NCBI GenBank assembly: GCA_963765765.1
Contig: CAVXYC010000023.1
Coordinates: 384,001-448,000, forward strand
Direction: 5' to 3'
Origin: an uncultured Chloroflexia bacterium
GTDB taxonomy: Bacteria; Chloroflexota; UBA6077; JACCZL01
Length of the DNA: 64,000 bases
Part shown: positions 30,068-39,760 of the stretch, piece by piece
Position numbering within the stretch: the stretch's first letter is position 1
Layout: every line of letters starts with the position of its first letter
Program-made: the position numbers and the translations under genes
The notes under the pieces: generated by a model
Told to the model about the DNA's origin: nothing
Databases searched by the model: none
Seen by the model: only the letters and a program-made list of their open reading frames with translations

Positions 30068-31216
30068 TTACGTTGGACAGGCTACGGTGTAAGTCCAGGC
30101 GGTGCCTGTGGGTCCGGTGACCCGAACCGTGATGCTGGTTGATGTGCCTGGTCCGTACGTGATCGAATGTGTCGCCGCGCCAGAGACATTGCCCGTATCC
30201 AACAATACGTGGCCCTCGTAGATCACTTCGAATCGATCGGGAATTCCGAAGGCGTCGCGGATGAACTGGAACGTGCCGCTCGTTCGACCCAGCGCGTGCA
30301 CCGTCGTAGTGACGCCTTCGCCGCCGCTATTTGTCGCGTTGTTACAGGGCACGGGAGTGCCCGTTCCTGCGCCTGGCGTGGGTGACGCCGCCGTCGAGGA
30401 GGTGGGTGTCCCCGTGGCGGAGGGCGTAGGGGTGCCCGGTGTTGTTGTGGACGTTGGAAGACTATCGTCGTCCTTCTTCTGCTTGTCGATATCCGAGCGC
30501 GTCTCGTTGACCCGCCCGGCCTGGACCTGGCCAGCAGGCCGACCTCGCGTGTCGCCCTGACGGGCCTGCTCAGCGGTGGTGAATCCTTCGAGGAGCGCGT
30601 TCCATGGCCCGGCGTCGAGCGCCGCCCGGAAGTAGTTGCAGCCGCGATCTCGAACGGGGACCTCGAACCAGACACCCATGCCCGACATCAGCGTGCAATT
30701 TTCGACGGTGATTGGCTGTGTCGACTCCACATTGATGAAGATCGAGAGGCCCTCCTGGGGGCCATATACCGCCAACTGGCTGCCGCGCACCAGGGCCACG
30801 GCCCCGCCAGATTCCACGCGGTAGGCCGAGCCGGAGTCCGCGAACGTCTGCATGTGGCTCACCGAGATCCCGAATACCTGACGGAGAGACACATCGATGC
30901 GCTCGCCCTGGCGACTGACCCGCTCGACCACCAGAATGGTCTGGTCCCCGAGCTCGATCTCCGTGCCGGTGAAGAACGTGATCACTGCGCCCGATGCAGA
31001 CAGGGTGCGAATCTCATCACCAGGAGACACGGTCGTTCCTGATGGGGCCGGCTGGATGGCCGAACCATCCGTCCGAATGACCGCCACGCTTCCACGCAAG
31101 ACGGTCATGGTAGCCCCCTCCCCGACTTGCGCCAAAGAAGGCGGCCCCACCGGGATCAGCAGGGTCAACAGCCCCAGCACAGCGAGGCTTCGGACCACAA
31201 GCACACTCAAACGCAT
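30068..31216 (-). CDS. Secreted FecR-domain protein with Thr/Pro linker and C-terminal beta domain
   Basis: Signal peptide; VSPGDEIRT...ITFFTGTEIELG...AVALVRGS; TPTP linker; IPDRFEVIYEG...WTYTVACP. Confidence 0.7.
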   Translation of the reverse strand: MRLSVLVVRSLAVLGLLTLLIPVGPPSLAQVGEGATMTVLRGSVAVIRTDGSAIQPAPSGTTVSPGDEIRTLSASGAVITFFTGTEIELGDQTILVVERVSRQGERIDVSLRQVFGISVSHMQTFADSGSAYRVESGGAVALVRGSQLAVYGPQEGLSIFINVESTQPITVENCTLMSGMGVWFEVPVRDRGCNYFRAALDAGPWNALLEGFTTAEQARQGDTRGRPAGQVQAGRVNETRSDIDKQKKDDDSLPTSTTTPGTPTPSATGTPTSSTAASPTPGAGTGTPVPCNNATNSGGEGVTTTVHALGRTSGTFQFIRDAFGIPDRFEVIYEGHVLLDTGNVSGAATHSITYGPGTSTSITVRVTGPTGTAWTYTVACPT

Positions 31217-31457
31217 CGTTCAGGACCTCTCTGGGATTGCGCCAGTATACGCATCGACATTTTCAGGATCAATATGATCGTGAGATTCCCAAGGGCAACG
31301 CCCTCTAGTGCACAAAAAGACACGGTTGGCGGGCAGTGCCCGGCGCCGACCTGAGACGCCAAGGACACCTTTCAATAGCTCCAACGGTGACGTCCGAATG
31401 CTCCTTCCGTTGACGCTGCCGGGCTGGGATTTCTAGACTTCGGTCGGGAGACCTGCC

Positions 31458-32183
31458 ATGCCGTTGCGCGCTATAACGTTCGATCTCTGGGGAACGATCA
31501 TCCATGATGAGGACCCTCCAGAGAAGGTCGCGAAACGTCGGGCAATTATCCTGGGCGCTCTGGCCGATGCAGGTCACCCATTTGAGCTCGAGGAATATCG
31601 GGCGGGCATTCGCGCCGCCAACCGCATCGCCAAGGAGCGGATCGAGCGCGAGCGAGTGGACATCGGGCCTGAGCAGCGCTGGAACCTCGTGACCCGCGAG
31701 CTGGGCATCCCGGACGGGAAAGTTCCCTTCGAGCGGATCGCTCCGGCGTACGTGGACGTGACCGTGGAGTTCCTCCCACCGTTGCTGCCGGCAATTAGAG
31801 ACACGCTTGCGGAGCTTCAGGGCAAGGTGAAGATCGGCTTGATCTGCAACACCGGGTTCACCGGTGGAGAGCCCCTACGCCAGGTCCTCAACATCCACGG
31901 CATCTCACGTTATTTCGACGTGCTGACCTTCTCTAATGAGTTCGGCTACTTGAAGCCGGATCCACGGATTTTCGAGCACACACTAGAGCGACTCGGCGTT
32001 CGTGCCGCGGAATCGTTGCACGTGGGTGACGTTGAGGATGCCGACGTGGCCGGGGCCAGGGCCGTGGGCATGTACGCCGCTCGTTACGCTCCTGATGGGG
32101 ACGGCGAGACCGACGGCGATTTGCTCGTTCGAGATTGGCGCGAGTTTGTGGCGCAGCTCGAGCGACTCTGCACTCGCGATTGA
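31458..32183 (+). CDS. HAD family hydrolase
   Basis: FDLWGT, ICNT, KPDPRIF, HVGDVEDADV. Confidence 0.9.
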   Translation: MPLRAITFDLWGTIIHDEDPPEKVAKRRAIILGALADAGHPFELEEYRAGIRAANRIAKERIERERVDIGPEQRWNLVTRELGIPDGKVPFERIAPAYVDVTVEFLPPLLPAIRDTLAELQGKVKIGLICNTGFTGGEPLRQVLNIHGISRYFDVLTFSNEFGYLKPDPRIFEHTLERLGVRAAESLHVGDVEDADVAGARAVGMYAARYAPDGDGETDGDLLVRDWREFVAQLERLCTRD

Positions 32184-32246
32184 TGCCTGCGGCTAACATT
32201 TTCTGAGAGACTTAACGTTCTCCGGGACCTCAACATTGACATACCT

Positions 32247-32975
32247 TTGACGATCACTGAACCGGCTAACCGCCTGACTAAGTCCAGCCTCGACCGAGCG
32301 GTGGATGCGCTGGCATTGGCCGACCCGGATCTCGCTCGGGTCGTAGAAGCGTTCAGTTATCCACCATTGTGGGATCGGCCGCCGGGCTTCCCTACTCTGG
32401 TCTACATTGTTCTGGAACAACAGGTATCACTTGCCTCGGCCCGAGCGGCGTTCGATCGTCTTGCCGCCGCGGGGCCGGTAACGCCGGAGACCTTCCTTCG
32501 GCTGTCCGATACGGAGCTACACGCAATCGGTTTCAGCCGTCAGAAGACGGCGTATTGCCGCGGGTTGGCCGCGGCCCTGGATTCGTCTCAGCTCGATCTG
32601 GCGGCCGTTGACGAGCTCGACGATGACGAGGCGCGCTTCGCCCTCACCCAGCTCAAGGGGATTGGGCCGTGGACAGCCGATATCTACTTATTGATGGTTC
32701 TGTGCCGGCCCAACATCTGGCCGACGGGAGACCTCGCGCTGCTGCAGGCGCTTCAGGAGGTCAAGGGCCTTGACCGTCGCCCGACCTCCGCTGAAGCCCT
32801 GGCCATCGCTGAAATCTGGCATCCGTGGCGCGCCGCCGCCGCGCGGGTACTCTGGCACTGGTATCTCAGCACGCCGCGACAGCGACACGTATCCAGTAGC
32901 GCCAGGCGACGAGCGGATGAGCCAGTATCGACAGCGGAACAATCAACTCCAACATCGCGGCGATCATCGCGATAA
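32247..32975 (+). CDS. alkA: DNA-3-methyladenine glycosylase II family protein
   Basis: VLEQQVSLASA, HhH LKGIGPWTA, WPTGDL, WHPWR. Confidence 0.85.
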   Translation: MTITEPANRLTKSSLDRAVDALALADPDLARVVEAFSYPPLWDRPPGFPTLVYIVLEQQVSLASARAAFDRLAAAGPVTPETFLRLSDTELHAIGFSRQKTAYCRGLAAALDSSQLDLAAVDELDDDEARFALTQLKGIGPWTADIYLLMVLCRPNIWPTGDLALLQALQEVKGLDRRPTSAEALAIAEIWHPWRAAAARVLWHWYLSTPRQRHVSSSARRRADEPVSTAEQSTPTSRRSSR

Positions 32976-32981
32976 GCAAGC

Positions 32982-33623
32982 ATGCCACGCCAGAATCGTG
33001 TCACCCCGTTCAGCACTACCATCGCCACGTCCGCGCGCGGACGCTGGCTCGGCAACCGTGGATGTATTCATGACGATCTCGGTCACATTCGCCGGCTGTA
33101 CCAAACCCGGCGATGGATCATTTGCCAGCTTCAGTTCAAGGGGAGGCGCCGGAATCTGATGCAGCCCGGTCGCTGGACCGAGCTGTTTTTCCTGGATGAA
33201 GCCACCGCGTTCGCCGCCGGTCACCGACCGTGCGCCTACTGTCAGCGAGCTCGTTATGAAGAGTTTCGATCGCTATGGGCCCACGCTAACCCGGAGCTCG
33301 CCAACGGCCCCAGGCCGTTGGCCGACGAGATCGACGCGAGGCTGCACACTGAGCGCCTGGATACCGGACGGCAGCGAGTCACATATCCGGGGACTCTCGA
33401 AACGCTTCCTGATGGAGCCTTTGTTGTTCACGACAATAGGGCCTGTCTCGTGCGCGCCTTGAGTCTCTTCCCGTGGCATGCCGAAGGTTACGGCGAAGGG
33501 ATGGCGCTCCCACCGGAGAGCACAGTGCATGTATTGACCCCACGCTCCACGGTCAAGACGATCGCCGCTGGATTTAAGGTTCAGATCGACGGGTCCGCGG
33601 GACCCCTGAGGCCGCGGTGCTGA
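32982..33623 (+). CDS. Conserved hypothetical protein with Ada-like metal-binding motif
   Basis: GNRGC, WIIC, FFLDEATAFAAGHRPCAYC. Confidence 0.75.
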   Translation: MPRQNRVTPFSTTIATSARGRWLGNRGCIHDDLGHIRRLYQTRRWIICQLQFKGRRRNLMQPGRWTELFFLDEATAFAAGHRPCAYCQRARYEEFRSLWAHANPELANGPRPLADEIDARLHTERLDTGRQRVTYPGTLETLPDGAFVVHDNRACLVRALSLFPWHAEGYGEGMALPPESTVHVLTPRSTVKTIAAGFKVQIDGSAGPLRPRC

Positions 33624-33704
33624 ATCCGAGCGATAATAGATTTCGGGAGCGGGGCCGATCGTGCCACAACTCAGCATGCCCGATTCCATGGCGGCAAGTT
33701 GCAC

Positions 33705-34505
33705 ATGCCGAAGCAGATGGACGCTACGAACGAGCTTTCAAGACACGAGCTAGTCACCCAGCTTCGCGAGATTGGCGTACAGCAAGGCAGCGTTTTAGTC
33801 GTTCATACGTCGTTTCGAGCAGTGCGTCCTGTTCAGGGCGGACCACTCGGACTCATCCAATCACTCCTTGAAGTCCTGGGTCCGAACGGAACACTGGTAA
33901 TGCCCGCCTGGCCGGCGGACGACAAGGCACCGTACGACCCGATCTCGACACCCGCCTCACCAGACTTGGGGATCGTCGCGGACACATTCTGGCGGCAGCC
34001 CGGAGTGGTGCGTAGCAAGCACGTGAATGCATTCGCCGCGCTAGGTCCGCATGCGCACGACGTGAACGTCGATGTGTTCCCTCTGCCGCCTCATATTCCG
34101 GAAAGCCCGATCGGTCGCGTGCACGATCTGGACGGTCAGGTGCTGCTTCTGGGAGTTGGCCACGATGCCAACACGACGCTGCACCTGGCTGAAATCATCG
34201 CGAACGTTCCGTATCGCATCCCACGAACGTGCACGGTGTACGAGAACGGCCACCCCATCCAGGTCGACTACGGCGAGAACGACCACTGCTGCGAGCGATT
34301 CAGCCTGGTCGATGAATGGCTCCGTACGCGCGGCCTTCAGTCAGAAGGCCCAGTTGGTCACGGTCATGCTCGGTTGATGCGCTCGCGAGACGTCGTCAAC
34401 GTAGCATGCGAAGCCCTCGCACGCGATCCGCTGATCTTCCTGCACAGGCCCGAGGAAGGCTGCGACGACTGCGACGAGGCTAGGGCCAGTATTCGAAGCT
34501 CATAA
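33705..34505 (+). CDS. aac(3)-IV: AAC(3)-IV-like aminoglycoside 3-N-acetyltransferase
   Basis: GTLVMP, PDLGIVADTFWR, DGQVLLLGVGHDANTTLHLAE, ENDHCCERF, EGPVGH, RDPLIFLH, GCDDCDEAR match AAC(3)-IVa as I recall it. Confidence 0.85.
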   Translation: MPKQMDATNELSRHELVTQLREIGVQQGSVLVVHTSFRAVRPVQGGPLGLIQSLLEVLGPNGTLVMPAWPADDKAPYDPISTPASPDLGIVADTFWRQPGVVRSKHVNAFAALGPHAHDVNVDVFPLPPHIPESPIGRVHDLDGQVLLLGVGHDANTTLHLAEIIANVPYRIPRTCTVYENGHPIQVDYGENDHCCERFSLVDEWLRTRGLQSEGPVGHGHARLMRSRDVVNVACEALARDPLIFLHRPEEGCDDCDEARASIRSS

Positions 34506-34727
34506 GCATCGACCGCAGGGGCGAATCCCAGATTTCCGCGACATCTGACTCTGGCGCCTGGCTTTTTCGGCACGCTCGCTGCACTGGCGGATCGCCTGAT
34601 GCGACAGGCAATGTATGACTGATCATCGACGTTACAGACATGTAACGGAACGCGCCTCTGTCCATGGCTGAAGGCGAATGGCGGGTGGGCCGATCGACGC
34701 CTCGGGCCCTAAGATTGGAAGTGTCGT

Positions 34728-37700
34728 TTGCGGACTGACGACACGCTGGAGCTGCCTGTGTCGAGCCTGGATTTTGCCCACCTGCACGTTCATACCGAGT
34801 ACTCCATGCTGGATGGACTCTCAGGAGTGGACGAGCTGGTGCACCAGGCCAAGGACTACGGCATGTCCGCCCTGGCAATCACCGATCACGGCTCCATGTT
34901 CGGCGCGCTCGACTTCTACAGCGCCTGTAAATATGCCGGCATCAAGCCCATCATCGGGGTGGAAGCGTACGTGGCGGCGGGCGACATGGCCGGTCGGGGA
35001 GCCCAGGAACGCCACTACAACCACCTCGTGCTTCTGGCCCAGAACGCCGAGGGCTATCGCAACCTGATGCAGCTCGTCTCAAAAGCGCATCTCGAGGGCT
35101 ATTACTACAAGCCGCGTATCGACCATGCCCTGCTGGAGAAGCACCACGAAGGGCTGATCGCGCTGTCCGGCTGCCTGTCCGGTGAAGTAGCGGTGGCCAT
35201 TTTGAATGACGATATGGCCAAGGCCAAGGAAGTGGCCGGCTGGTATCGCGATGTTTTGGGGCCCAAAAACTACTACATCGAGATCCAGGAGCATGGCCTG
35301 GCCGAAGACGCTCGCGTGACTGCCGGCCTCACCCAGCTCGCCCGCGAGCTGGACCTTCCACTGGTCTGCACCAACGATAGCCATTACACGACCAAGGCAC
35401 ATGCCGAGGCGCAGGACCTCCTGCTCGCCATACAGATGAACACCACGCTTGAAGATCCAAAGCGTATGCGCATGCAGCCCAATGTCTTCTATCTGAAGAC
35501 GGCGCAGGAGATGGCCGAGCTCTTTAAAGAGTTTCCGGACGCGGTCAAAAATACGCTGGAGATCGCCTCGCAGATCGATCTGAATCTGCAGTTTGACCGC
35601 CTGCAATTTCCGGAGCTCGGTCACGTCATTCCCGAGGGGCACGACGCCGACAGCTACCTGGCCCACGTCTGTCGGACCCGTCTCCCGGACAAGTATTCGA
35701 ACAACCGCCAGAAGGCCGAGGATCGGCTCGAATACGAGCTGGGTGTCATCCGCACCACTGGATTCAGCGCCTACATGCTCTTTGTCTGGGACTTCGTGCG
35801 CTGGGCGCGCGAGCACGACATCGTGTGCGGGCCGCGCGGCTCCGCCGCCGGGAGCATCGTGCTCTACCTCCTGGGTATCTCGGATGTGGAGCCGCTGGAG
35901 TTCAGCCTCACGTTCGAACGCTTTCTGAACCCAGAGCGCATTCAGATGCCCGATATCGACATGGACTTCGCCGACGATCGGCGCGAGGAAGTCATCCAGT
36001 ACGTCGTGGATCGCTACGGCCGCGATCACGTTTCGCAGATCGTGACCTTTGGACGACTACTGGCACGTGCTGCCATCCGCGACGCGGGTCGGGCAATGGG
36101 CTACCAGCTCAGCGAGATTGATCGCGTCACCAAGATGATCCCGCAAATCCCGGTGGGCTTGAAGATCGACGACGCGCTGCGAATGAACCGCGAGTTCTCG
36201 CAGCTCTACGATGGCGACCCTCGCGTAAAGATGCTCGTGGATCGCGCCAAATCCATTGAGGGTGTCACCCGCCACGCCTCCACGCACGCTGCCGGGGTGG
36301 TCGTCTCTCGCGATCCCCTTACGGACCACGTGCCGCTGGCCCGAGTAGCCAAGAACGACGACATGGTCATGACCCAGTACTCCCAGAAGGGGTTGGAGAA
36401 GATCGGTCTGCTCAAGATGGACTTCCTGGGCCTGGCCAACCTGACCATGCTGGAAAAGGCAATCCGCAACGTCGAGGAGACTCGCGGAAACAAGGTCGAT
36501 CTGGCCACCATGCCGCTGGACGATCAGAAGACCTACGACATGCTGGCGCGCGGCGAGACCAATAGCGTGTTCCAGCTTGAAGGTCGCGGCATGACGCGCT
36601 ACATCCAGGAGTTGAAGCCGCAGACCATTCATCACCTCGCGGCCATGATCTCGCTCTATCGCCCCGGGCCCATGGCGCACATTCCGTCGTATATCGCACG
36701 GAAGGACGGCCGCGAGAAGGTCCACTACCTGGATGACTCCCTCGTTCCGTTGCTCGAGGAGACGTACGGCATCATCGTTTACCAGGACCAGGTCCTACAG
36801 CTTGTCCAGAAAGTGGCCGGCTACTCGCTGGGCCAGGCCGATATCCTGCGTCGCGCCATGGGTAAAAAGATTGCCGAAGAGATGCGTCAAGAGAAGGCGC
36901 ATTTCGTCGATGGCGCTACCAAGCAGGGATACAAAAAGGACGTTGCCGAGAAGCTCTGGGAGTACATCGAGCCGTTTGCCGGATATGCGTTCAATAAGGC
37001 GCATGCCGTCTGTTACGCCTACACCTCCTATCAAACGGCGTACTTCAAGGCGAACTTTCCCGTTGAGTGGATGGCCGCTGTGCTCACCACTGAAGCGCTG
37101 GATACGGCCAAGGTGGTCTCGGTCATCGGCGAGTGCCGTCGTCTGGGAGTGCCGCTGCTGCCCCCTAGCGTCAATCGCAGCAAGCCGCGGTTTACGGTCG
37201 AGGCAATCTCCGATGAAGATGGTCACACGTCCGATTCCGACGGAGAGCCGCTACTGGGCATCCGATACGGACTCGCCGCCGTTAAGAATGTGGGTGAAGG
37301 CGCAGTAGAGCTGCTGATTGCCGAGCGCGAGGCCAACGGCCCGTTCCAGACCTTCGAGGAATTTTGTCGCCGTGTGGACCTGCGCACGATGAACAAGCGA
37401 GTCATCGAAGCGCTGATCAAGTGTGGCGCCATGGACGAGTTCGGCGAGCGCGCGCAGCTACTGGCTGCGGTCGACCAGTTTATGGCCGCGGGCCAGCGAG
37501 ATCAGAAGGCCATGGGCGCGGGCCAGACGAGCCTGTTCGATCTCGGAGACTCGAGTAGCGCACCGGCGGTGAGCGTCAGTTTGCCCAACATCACGCCCGC
37601 GGGCACCGAGCAGCGTCTCGCCTGGGAGAAGGAAGCCCTAGGGCTCTATTTCTCGGAGCACCCATTTGAGCGAGCTTCTCGCTGGTTAAGCTCACGGGTC

Positions 37701-38690
37701 ACCGTTGATACCAGTCAGGTCACACCTGAGATCAGCGGAGAAATGGTGACTGTCGCGGGGATCATCACCGAGGTGCGGCGCATTATCACCAAGCGGAATG
37801 AGACGATGGCACGCGTGATCGTGGAAGACCTCCACGGATCGGTGGAAGTGATCGCCTTCCCCAAGACGTATGAGCGCACTGCCGAAGCCTGGAAAGAAGA
37901 CGCCGTCGTCATCCTTCAGGGAAAGGTCGAAGTTCGCGAGGAGCAGGTCCAGATCTTGTGCGAGACTGCTGACCTCTGGACTATTCCTGAGGGTCAGGAG
38001 CCGCCGCCTCCGCTCTACAGCCAGCAGAGTGAAACAAGTCGGCCAAATGGGCATGGCTATCGGATGCAGCGCTCCTCGCCCAATGAGAATGAACACTCCC
38101 AGAACAACGGGGCAAAGAGTACTAGGACGAACGGGACCAATGGCCATGCTGCGACGGCAACTGCCAATGGCGACAACGCCGATCGTCCACCGATCTCCAT
38201 GAAGTTGACGCTACGGCGTACCGGCGATGCGCCCGCCGACATACGCACGCTCGAGAAGCTTCACAAGCTCCTCGAGTCCGCGAACGGCAAAGACCCGTAT
38301 GAGCTCGAGCTTGTATCCACGCAGAAGCGAGTTCGTATTGAGGCGCCTGACTCAAAAACTGACTTTAATGCTGATCTGGAGATTGCCCTCCGCCGCCTAC
38401 TCGGCGCGGAGAACGTCGTCGTGCAAGCGGCCATGATGCCGATGCCCGAAGGGCCCGCCACCGACCTGGAGCCGCCGCCATTCCCGGATCCAATCATGGA
38501 CTATGAACCGGATGACGATGTTGAGGCGTACTTCCCTCCGCCGCCCTCGGTTGCTACGAGCCCGAAGCCACCAGCGGACGATCCCGAAGAAGCCCTCATG
38601 GCCGCGCGAATCTCCGGCAATCTGCTCCCCGGAGAATCACCCCTGCCAGGCGTCGAGGCGCGGCGATCATGGTGGAGTAACGAGGATTGA
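34728..38690 (+). CDS. dnaE: DNA polymerase III alpha subunit
   Basis: HLHVHTEYSMLDG PHP domain, RGSAAGS, PDIDMDF, HAAGVV, KMDFLGL, FNKAH, OB fold. Confidence 0.98.
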   Translation: MRTDDTLELPVSSLDFAHLHVHTEYSMLDGLSGVDELVHQAKDYGMSALAITDHGSMFGALDFYSACKYAGIKPIIGVEAYVAAGDMAGRGAQERHYNHLVLLAQNAEGYRNLMQLVSKAHLEGYYYKPRIDHALLEKHHEGLIALSGCLSGEVAVAILNDDMAKAKEVAGWYRDVLGPKNYYIEIQEHGLAEDARVTAGLTQLARELDLPLVCTNDSHYTTKAHAEAQDLLLAIQMNTTLEDPKRMRMQPNVFYLKTAQEMAELFKEFPDAVKNTLEIASQIDLNLQFDRLQFPELGHVIPEGHDADSYLAHVCRTRLPDKYSNNRQKAEDRLEYELGVIRTTGFSAYMLFVWDFVRWAREHDIVCGPRGSAAGSIVLYLLGISDVEPLEFSLTFERFLNPERIQMPDIDMDFADDRREEVIQYVVDRYGRDHVSQIVTFGRLLARAAIRDAGRAMGYQLSEIDRVTKMIPQIPVGLKIDDALRMNREFSQLYDGDPRVKMLVDRAKSIEGVTRHASTHAAGVVVSRDPLTDHVPLARVAKNDDMVMTQYSQKGLEKIGLLKMDFLGLANLTMLEKAIRNVEETRGNKVDLATMPLDDQKTYDMLARGETNSVFQLEGRGMTRYIQELKPQTIHHLAAMISLYRPGPMAHIPSYIARKDGREKVHYLDDSLVPLLEETYGIIVYQDQVLQLVQKVAGYSLGQADILRRAMGKKIAEEMRQEKAHFVDGATKQGYKKDVAEKLWEYIEPFAGYAFNKAHAVCYAYTSYQTAYFKANFPVEWMAAVLTTEALDTAKVVSVIGECRRLGVPLLPPSVNRSKPRFTVEAISDEDGHTSDSDGEPLLGIRYGLAAVKNVGEGAVELLIAEREANGPFQTFEEFCRRVDLRTMNKRVIEALIKCGAMDEFGERAQLLAAVDQFMAAGQRDQKAMGAGQTSLFDLGDSSSAPAVSVSLPNITPAGTEQRLAWEKEALGLYFSEHPFERASRWLSSRVTVDTSQVTPEISGEMVTVAGIITEVRRIITKRNETMARVIVEDLHGSVEVIAFPKTYERTAEAWKEDAVVILQGKVEVREEQVQILCETADLWTIPEGQEPPPPLYSQQSETSRPNGHGYRMQRSSPNENEHSQNNGAKSTRTNGTNGHAATATANGDNADRPPISMKLTLRRTGDAPADIRTLEKLHKLLESANGKDPYELELVSTQKRVRIEAPDSKTDFNADLEIALRRLLGAENVVVQAAMMPMPEGPATDLEPPPFPDPIMDYEPDDDVEAYFPPPPSVATSPKPPADDPEEALMAARISGNLLPGESPLPGVEARRSWWSNED

Positions 38691-38772
38691 GATCGTGCTT
38701 GCGGAACCATTTCTCATTTCACCGGCCACTGTGTCTGTGCTCGGCTCCTTCGCGTTAGTCTGAACGATGTGA

Positions 38773-39006
38773 ATGAAAAAGATCGACGCACTCGAAGCCG
38801 GAGCGCCTTCATGATGAAGTGCCGCGGGTGAGAGCATTGCCATCACTCGGCTGGGCCAGACAGTCGCCGAGCTCGTCCCACCTCGGACCCAGGTTGTTCA
38901 GGATGCTATAACGAGCGCTCGAAGAGTGGCGCGGCTACCGTGCCAGGCAAGGACTTCGTCTCAGTGCCTCTCGCTCCGCGAAATGACCAAGGGCGATCGC
39001 CGGTAG
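38773..39006 (+). pseudogene. Decayed Phd/YefM-type antitoxin, no partner toxin
   Basis: MKKIDALEA, early stop/deletion, then AAGESIAITRLGQTVAELVP...SLREMTKGDRR*. Read by hand; not in the ORF track. Confidence 0.7.
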
Positions 39007-39043
39007 GGCTCTTTCCACGACCCAACCATGTGCGCTCTGCCCC

Positions 39044-39670
39044 TCAGACCTCTTTGAGCGTCGCCCTCATCCGCTCTCCCAAAGCCTGTTGATCTGGGTC
39101 ATCGCTGGTAATTAGCCGATCCAGTACGTGCTTCTGATCGACCGCGGGGCGGTTCTGACTGACTTTGAACTTGCCCTCCAGCCGCGTGATCGGTATCTCA
39201 AATGCAACGATGCCCTTCACCATGCCGGCGTAGTATTCATCCGGCAGGTCCATGACCCAGGGCTCGTCCCGCCCGGTTTCGTTGGTCTTGACGAGTCGTT
39301 CCAGCACTGAGCGAACGTCGGCCTCGTCGTTGATGATGTGTGGTTTGCCGTAGGCATGCACCACGGCGTAGTTCCATGTCGGGACGCTCGGATGCACCTC
39401 GTACCAGGATGGTGAGATGTAACCATGCTCGCCCTGGAAGATGACCAGCGCATCGTCCCCGTCGACGAAATCTCGCCACTGGGGATTGGCTCGCGCCATG
39501 TGAGCGATGAGGGTGCCATCGTCGCCAGATTCGCGATCCAGCATGAACGGCAAGTGACTCGCAATGAGGCCGTTCTGCGCGTGCGTCACAAGCGTGGCGA
39601 AGCTAAACCGTTCAATGACCTCGAAAATGGCCGATTTGTCATGAACGGCGAAGAGCGGCGGAATGTACAC
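39044..39670 (-). CDS. FMN-binding PaiB-family protein
   Basis: GGAGG then GTG; YIPPLF, HMARANPQW, YISPSWY, VPTWNY, GKFKVSQNR. Confidence 0.9.
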   Translation of the reverse strand: MYIPPLFAVHDKSAIFEVIERFSFATLVTHAQNGLIASHLPFMLDRESGDDGTLIAHMARANPQWRDFVDGDDALVIFQGEHGYISPSWYEVHPSVPTWNYAVVHAYGKPHIINDEADVRSVLERLVKTNETGRDEPWVMDLPDEYYAGMVKGIVAFEIPITRLEGKFKVSQNRPAVDQKHVLDRLITSDDPDQQALGERMRATLKEV

Positions 39671-39707
39671 AAGCCAACCTCCGGAGCTAAACGATAGCAC
39701 CAGGGCA

Positions 39708-39730
39708 TGTAGTGAGCGCTTCAGCGCTTT
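39708..39730 (+). repeat. Single REP copy
   Basis: TGTAGTGAGCGCTTCAGCGCTTT, identical to 50009..50031. Confidence 0.8.
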
Positions 39731-39760
39731 GCCAAGGGACGCACGGGACGTAACAGAGCC

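Noticed and set aside
34728-38690. Intein in DnaE, or DnaE2/ImuABC cassette
   Set aside because: No intein splice motifs or large insertion in the polymerase core; the PHP motif is of the replicative type and there is no imuA/imuB.
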